From: Syntrophales bacterium
GTDB taxonomy: Bacteria > Desulfobacterota > Syntrophia > Syntrophales > UBA2210
Direction of reading: 5' to 3'
NCBI GenBank assembly: GCA_963666365.2
Contig: CAXXNF010000002.1
Span: forward strand, 2,406,667 to 2,470,666
DNA: 64,000 bases
Below are positions 58,877 through 64,000 of this stretch, piece after piece (the first letter of the stretch is position 1; every line of letters begins with the position of its first letter). The position numbers and the translations under genes are program-made. The notes beneath the pieces are model-generated. The model made no database searches, had not been told where the DNA came from, and saw nothing but the letters and a program-made list of their open reading frames with translations.

Positions 58877-59600
58877 TTTTCTCTCCTAGATACGCTTCGA
58901 TTATTTTTGGATCGTTCACAACTTCAAAGGGCGGACCGGAGGCAATTTTTTCTCCGTAATGCAATACTACAACTCTGCTTGTTGCTGCCATAATCACCTT
59001 CATTACATGTTCAACCCAAATGACGGTTACATCATATTCCTCAATCATTCTTTGTATAAGATCTACTGCACTTGATGCCTCTCCAGGATTCAGTCCAGCC
59101 ATCACTTCGTCAATCAATACAAGTTGAGGATTAGTTGCCAGAGCCCTTGCCAATTCTAAGGCTCTCATTTCGTAAAGACTGAGGTCACGGGCCAAAATAT
59201 TTCTTTTTCCAAAAAGTCCTACAAATTCCAAATAATGTGACGCATCAAGCATACTGTCATGATAGCTCATATGGGGTCTTGGCTTGCCACATAAAACTCC
59301 AACACATACATTTGCTATAGCTGTTAAGTCTGGAAATGGACGGGGGATTTGAAAAGTACGGGCTATACCTTGCTTGCATATTTCATGCTGTTTGAATGAT
59401 GTTATATCAACACCATTGAATGTGAGTTTGCCGGAATTGGCTTGATAAAAACCACTAATCAAATTCATTAGCGTTGTTTTTCCAGCACCATTAGGTCCTA
59501 TTAACCCAATAATTTCTCCTTTTTCTACAGTCATGCTGACATTATTGACTGCTATCAAACCGCCAAATCTTTTAACTGCATTCTCTATAGTCAGAAGCAT
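58869..59600 (-). CDS. livG: ABC transporter ATP-binding protein (LivG type)
   Basis: FGGLIAV, GPNGAGKT, IARTFQ, DEVMAGLN, EAYLG. Confidence 0.9.
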   Translation of the reverse strand: MLLTIENAVKRFGGLIAVNNVSMTVEKGEIIGLIGPNGAGKTTLMNLISGFYQANSGKLTFNGVDITSFKQHEICKQGIARTFQIPRPFPDLTAIANVCVGVLCGKPRPHMSYHDSMLDASHYLEFVGLFGKRNILARDLSLYEMRALELARALATNPQLVLIDEVMAGLNPGEASSAVDLIQRMIEEYDVTVIWVEHVMKVIMAATSRVVVLHYGEKIASGPPFEVVNDPKIIEAYLGEKIA

Positions 59601-59641
59601 ATCCCTCTATCCCATTATCATGATTATTATGTTTCCTATAA

Positions 59642-60676
59642 TCAGCGCTTACGTACTCTCATGGCAGGAAAGTATTCTTTATATTTATGTTTTCGATAAA
59701 TGCCATACAAGCCCTCGCGTAAAGCAAAGAGCAGAATTAACATTATTAAAGGAAAAAGAATGTAATTGATTGCTCCAAAATTCATTAAAACCTTTTCGAG
59801 TACCGCCACAAAATATGATCCGACAATAGCCCCATATATTTCACCCCGTCCGCCAATAATTACAATCAATAGAATCTTGATCATGAAGGGAAGCGGCAAG
59901 TATGTAATCCCAGCAAATGTTCCATCTTGATGTGCAAAAAACCAACCGCCCAAAGCGATCATCACTGAAGTAACGATGAAACAGATCATCTTATATTTGT
60001 TAATATTCAGGCCGCATGTTTGGGCCACATCTTCATCATCATTAATTGCTGCAGCCAGAAGACCAAATCTGGATCGGAATATTTTGTCTATAACCAACAG
60101 ATAAAACAACATAATACCAAGGGATATGTAGGCAGCAGCAAGAAAGTTAATCTTCATCCTGGCAAAATTGACTAGCGGTGCGATACCCGCAAGGCCAGAT
60201 TCACCTTTAAATATTTCTGTGTATACAAAGGTCAATTCCAAAAAAATAAGAGGTAATGTAAGGGTAATAAGAGAAAAATATAGGCCCTTGGCAACTGTAG
60301 TGAGAGGGCTCAATATCGCTGCGAATCCCAGACTCACAAGGATTACTGCTCCGAGTGTCTGCCAAGGACCCCATCCCCAATGAATACTGAGTAAAGCTGC
60401 AGTATAACCGCCAATTCCAATAAAGAACTGTGGCCCAAAATTCATGCGGCCAGTCCCTGTCATTTGCCAAGCCAGAGGAATAGCTATGCAGGCATATATG
60501 TTCGCAGTAATAAATAAAGTTAAATAATCTGGCCTGTTATAAAGAATGAATGGAAGTAAAAGTAATCCGGTAATGGCAATTAAGGGATTCCTCCAATATC
60601 TTGGTTCAATCGTCCATTCAAGTTTCAAACTCATTACATGTAATTTAAGATTTCCCCTGCGATGCTCAAGTCTCAT
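59642..60676 (-). CDS. livM: ABC transporter permease (LivM type)
   Basis: TGRMNFG..FFIGIGGY, GLYFSLITL, GGRG.IYG. Start placed at MRLEH (60676), just after the livH stop. Confidence 0.85.
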   Translation of the reverse strand: MRLEHRRGNLKLHVMSLKLEWTIEPRYWRNPLIAITGLLLLPFILYNRPDYLTLFITANIYACIAIPLAWQMTGTGRMNFGPQFFIGIGGYTAALLSIHWGWGPWQTLGAVILVSLGFAAILSPLTTVAKGLYFSLITLTLPLIFLELTFVYTEIFKGESGLAGIAPLVNFARMKINFLAAAYISLGIMLFYLLVIDKIFRSRFGLLAAAINDDEDVAQTCGLNINKYKMICFIVTSVMIALGGWFFAHQDGTFAGITYLPLPFMIKILLIVIIGGRGEIYGAIVGSYFVAVLEKVLMNFGAINYILFPLIMLILLFALREGLYGIYRKHKYKEYFPAMRVRKR

Positions 60677-60680
60677 ACTT

Positions 60681-61556
60681 TCACCATATGGTTTCACTCT
60701 TGGCAATGCCTTGCGGTCTGACAATGAGGACAATGAGGACAATTATCAATGTTGATAAGCTCATCAACTTTGTATTTATAAAAAATGCTGTAAATGAAGC
60801 AATGAATCCAAGAATATAACTAGCAATAATGCTCCCCCTAATATTGCCAAGTCCCCCTAATATTGCGACAAGGATAGCTGTGATCATTAATGGCAAGCCC
60901 AATGAAGGCTCAATGGCCCAAACAGGAGCGATAACAAGCATACACAGCGTAGGAGGAAGCACTGAAATAACCATAGCAAGAGCGTATATCTTCCAGACGT
61001 CTGCTCCCATGAGCTCTGCCGATTCAATATCCTGACTCACCGATCGTATTATTAAGCCGATTTTTGTTTTCATAAGAAACAGCACAAGTATGAGGGTTGT
61101 GATAATTGCCACTACAGCCGCAAAAATCAACTGGTAAGGAATCGCTGCCATGCCAATTATCAAGGCGCCCCCCATTATTTTAGTAGGGATGGAAACTCCG
61201 GCAGTTACTGGATAAAAGAAATTGGCGGTTTGCTCCACAATCAGAAATACCAAAACCAGGGCAGTCAAAAGAAGTTCTTCCTGTTCAATGTATCGTTTCA
61301 CAATAGGATAGTACACTACCACTAGCGTAAATACGATTTGGATGATGAGCATCCCGATGATAGCAAGCACAATATGGAGATGAAAGGTCTCCATAAGCAT
61401 GTACGTGACATATACTGTGATTATAAAGATTACCCCATATCCTAAATGAAACACTCGCAAGACCCCACATACAATAGTAAAACCCAGGGATATGAGCAGG
61501 TATAACGAACCCAATACCAGTCCATAAACGAAAGCGACTTTGATTAACTCAATCAT
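60681..61556 (-). CDS. livH: ABC transporter permease (LivH type)
   Basis: GSLYLLISLG, TKIG.IIRSVSQD..SAELMG, ILGGLG, RPQGI; GGAGG RBS. Confidence 0.9.
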   Translation of the reverse strand: MIELIKVAFVYGLVLGSLYLLISLGFTIVCGVLRVFHLGYGVIFIITVYVTYMLMETFHLHIVLAIIGMLIIQIVFTLVVVYYPIVKRYIEQEELLLTALVLVFLIVEQTANFFYPVTAGVSIPTKIMGGALIIGMAAIPYQLIFAAVVAIITTLILVLFLMKTKIGLIIRSVSQDIESAELMGADVWKIYALAMVISVLPPTLCMLVIAPVWAIEPSLGLPLMITAILVAILGGLGNIRGSIIASYILGFIASFTAFFINTKLMSLSTLIIVLIVLIVRPQGIAKSETIW

Positions 61557-62002
61557 CCATTAACCTCCACAACGAGCCTTTCCATGAAGTTTAAAACTTG
61601 ACTAGGGATAATTTCCTTTTTCTTATACCAAACCTTCGTAATACACGGGTGAAATACAAGATTTGTCTTTGATATCATTACAGGCTTTTTAAACTTATCA
61701 ATGAACCCGCCATCACATATACTTAGTTTTGTGTGCTAAGTACATGGATGATGTAGCATAAGGGAAATACTGATGCAATGGATAATTATATGGCATATAA
61801 TGGCTAAGTTATTGAGCCATCAAAAAAGAGGGGGGGCCAGATCATTACAACCATTTTTTACTTGTGCCGCTGGAAAAATAAGGAGCAACAACCGAGCCAT
61901 GCGTACCATTAACTATTATCTTCCTCATATTCTACTCTCCACATGCCAGTAATTAAGTATACTGTCCCCGGAACTGTCCATGTGGTTTCAAAAGATTTTT
62001 AT

Positions 62003-62031
62003 TTGCATTCACTCCTGTGACATCTTATAAT
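62003..62031 (+). promoter_or_regulatory. Sigma70-type promoter candidate for the final gene
   Basis: TTGCAT-17-TATAAT. Confidence 0.55.
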
Positions 62032-62202
62032 CTGCACACTGCATTCATCAGACGACTCGCATCTGTCATGCCGGTTCAGACCCGGCGCCTCACGTTCACG
62101 AAGAAGACCACAGCGAGTGGCGCGGCAAGGGCCATCGCAGATTCACAACCAACCTTCAACAGGGCTGCAGTCCACCTGCAAAAGCCGACGAGGGGAATTA
62201 CT

Positions 62203-64000
62203 ATGAATATTCATCGCCCAATGAGACACACCCCGCCGATAGCGGAGCACTGCTGCACGTACTCTTTGAACGTGACAGGAAAAGGCGGCGTATGTACGTC
62301 GCCACAGTCTTCTTACTTGCTCTGCTCTTCCAGCTGACTCGCGCATGCAGACAGGCGGACATTGCGAGCGTCGAGGCTGAGATTGCAGCCCTCACCACGC
62401 AGATCACGACCCTCACGAATGAGCAGATCACCCCTCTGGAGACCGACGATCGACGAACTGAGAGAGGGCATGGAGGAAGCGCGGACATTCATGAATGCCT
62501 TCGCTGCGCGCAATGCCTGGCTCCTGGAGGAATACGCCGCCCACAGAAGCCGCCTGCGGCAGTATGAAGGACGGGCGCTTCAGCTCAGCATGTCCTACAG
62601 CGATTTCTTCGATGCCAGAAATACCTGGGAGGCCAGCACCGATCCTGCAGTACAGCGGGAACAGGTCATCATTATGTTCCGCTACCTTTATGGATACAGC
62701 CGCGAACCCGGCCAGTGGGAACTGAACCCGAACACCCAGAAGGACTTTGTAGATATGGCCAACCTTATCGTCACCCAGAGGACCGTGGCCCGCGTGGGAG
62801 AGGCACTGGTGCTTCTGGGCGACCTGACAACGGAACTCATCAGTGCCATCACGGGCGTTCCGTCAAATCTCAAGGAAGCCGCCTTCTCCACCATCGAATT
62901 CGCATGCAAGGCCACGGCAAAACTTCTGCCCGACAATGTGGTCGATGGCTTGAATGACACCTGTCTTCAATACATCCCCTATCTGGAGCTTCAGAAAGAA
63001 CGGGCCGAACAGTTGGCCGATGAGCTGGACACAATTCGAAACCAGGATGAATTCGGCGGTGAGAACGGCCGCCTGGAGGCCAGGCCAAAACACAGACACT
63101 GATCTCCTTTGAAGAAGAAGTCCTTGCCGAGGCTTGAACCGGAGGTAACCAACTACCGGAACAGGAAGGCGGAAGTGGAGGCCAACTTCGCCACCGTCCA
63201 GGCTGAACTGAACACCAAGATAACCGAGCGGGACGCCCTCCGCCAGAGCCCTGCAACTCAGTTGGTCCAGAGCAGGATCGACAAGCAGTTCGAATTACGC
63301 CAGCTCCAGGAGCAGGAAGCACTCGACGCGAACGGAGGACCAACGAACTACGTGGCGACACCTGTCAGCCGGGACCGGCACAGGCACGATCGCTCCCGAC
63401 GCCCTCAGTTCGGCCCTGCTGGAAATTCCCCGCTATGCCGTCATCTCCGCCAACGCGGCCTATGTGACCACAGTATCGAACCAATGCGACTATAGCGAAG
63501 GAGGTTACACACAGCACGAAATATACCATACGAAGAAGACCTTTTCCGCACCGGCGCACAACCCACATGGCGCACCGTTGACACCACCGGAGAGGTGAGC
63601 ATTACCGGGAATCAGGCCTATGGGGTCACGGCCGGCCTGGTGCCCCTTCAGGCGGTTCTTTCACCTGCCTTTTGTCAGCGAAAGTTATGTACCTTCCGAA
63701 CACTCCTGTCCGTCCGATTACCAGCCCACGGGCAGCGGCGAAAAAACATCCGGCACGGTGACGCTCGAAGTCCGGCAGGTTGCGGAGCCCTGTTCATCCC
63801 TCCCATGTACTACTCCAAGGAATATCAGTCGGAACTGACGGAAGAGGAGATCTTTACGGCCATGAAAAATGCGGCCGAAGCGTACGGCAGGGGCATCGAC
63901 CTTTTTGTGGGCGGCACAGTGCAGAAAACAGGAGAAACGCCCCTCTACTACAAAGTGCTGCACGGTAACGGCGCCGTTGACATGGATATACGGTATACCA
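62203..64000 (+). pseudogene. Large unknown, probably exported protein split by multiple frameshifts (pseudogene or sequencing errors); runs off the window
   Basis: Protein-like segments continue across frames: hydrophobic leader, coiled coil (DIASVEAEIAALTTQI...), helical region, second coiled coil, then a beta-rich region. Confidence 0.6.

Larger units (their letters stand above)
47254..61975. mobile_element. Decayed tRNA-Leu-associated genomic island (right boundary uncertain; may extend beyond the window)
   Basis: Integrase stump next to the tRNA, long non-coding stretches, and visibly AT-richer sequence especially at 52-62 kb. Confidence 0.55.

Noticed and set aside
61791..61805. Sigma54 promoter TGGCATATAATGGCT
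   Set aside because: The GG-to-GC spacing is 9 rather than the required 10 nt.

Overview
This 64-kb window most likely comes from an anaerobic, probably syntrophic Deltaproteobacterium (Syntrophales-like; inferred from gene content, not shown by the sequence). From 1 to 44.6 kb it is dominated by CoA-ester metabolism. A minus-strand beta-oxidation block holds a dead acyl-CoA ligase, an AbfD-family dehydratase, crotonase, Hbd, one canonical and one degenerate thiolase, and a glutaryl-CoA-dehydrogenase-like ACAD. A methylmalonyl-CoA block (ACAD, thiolase, mutase, MeaB, epimerase, carboxyltransferase) and a glutaryl/glutaconyl-CoA decarboxylase block (OadG, OadB, Acd, GcdA, separate biotin carrier) point away from each other around a PAS-PAS-LuxR regulator. 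Next come a five-gene glycosyltransferase / methyltransferase / prenyltransferase-like / acyltransferase / B12-radical-SAM cluster, folD, a second ligase-thiolase-ACAD block, apgM, a sirtuin, FrhB-family + iorAB, and cbiB-cobD. Back-to-back tRNA-Ala(GGC) and tRNA-Leu(CAA) at about 47 kb each have accessory DNA on their 3' side. Beside tRNA-Ala are a broken four-helix-bundle gene and a hypothetical gene. Beside tRNA-Leu is a tyrosine-integrase stump absent from the ORF track, followed by a TAXI-TRAP transporter, an AT-rich amidase / paired class III CoA-transferase / Liv-type ABC module, and a heavily frameshifted unknown gene. Most notable observations: (1) the OadB/GcdB subunit carries an inserted lysine-less biotinyl-like domain and Glu in place of the conserved GGADGPT Asp; (2) a 60-bp motif is repeated in inverted orientation on both sides of the LuxR gene, upstream of the two decarboxylase operons, which may share one membrane/biotin module; (3) an intact-looking acyl-CoA ligase homologue lacks the adenylation-specific lysines; (4) several unrelated periodic inverted-repeat elements occur, one inserted in frame in the four-helix-bundle gene. 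All family assignments come from motif recognition by eye; no searches were run.
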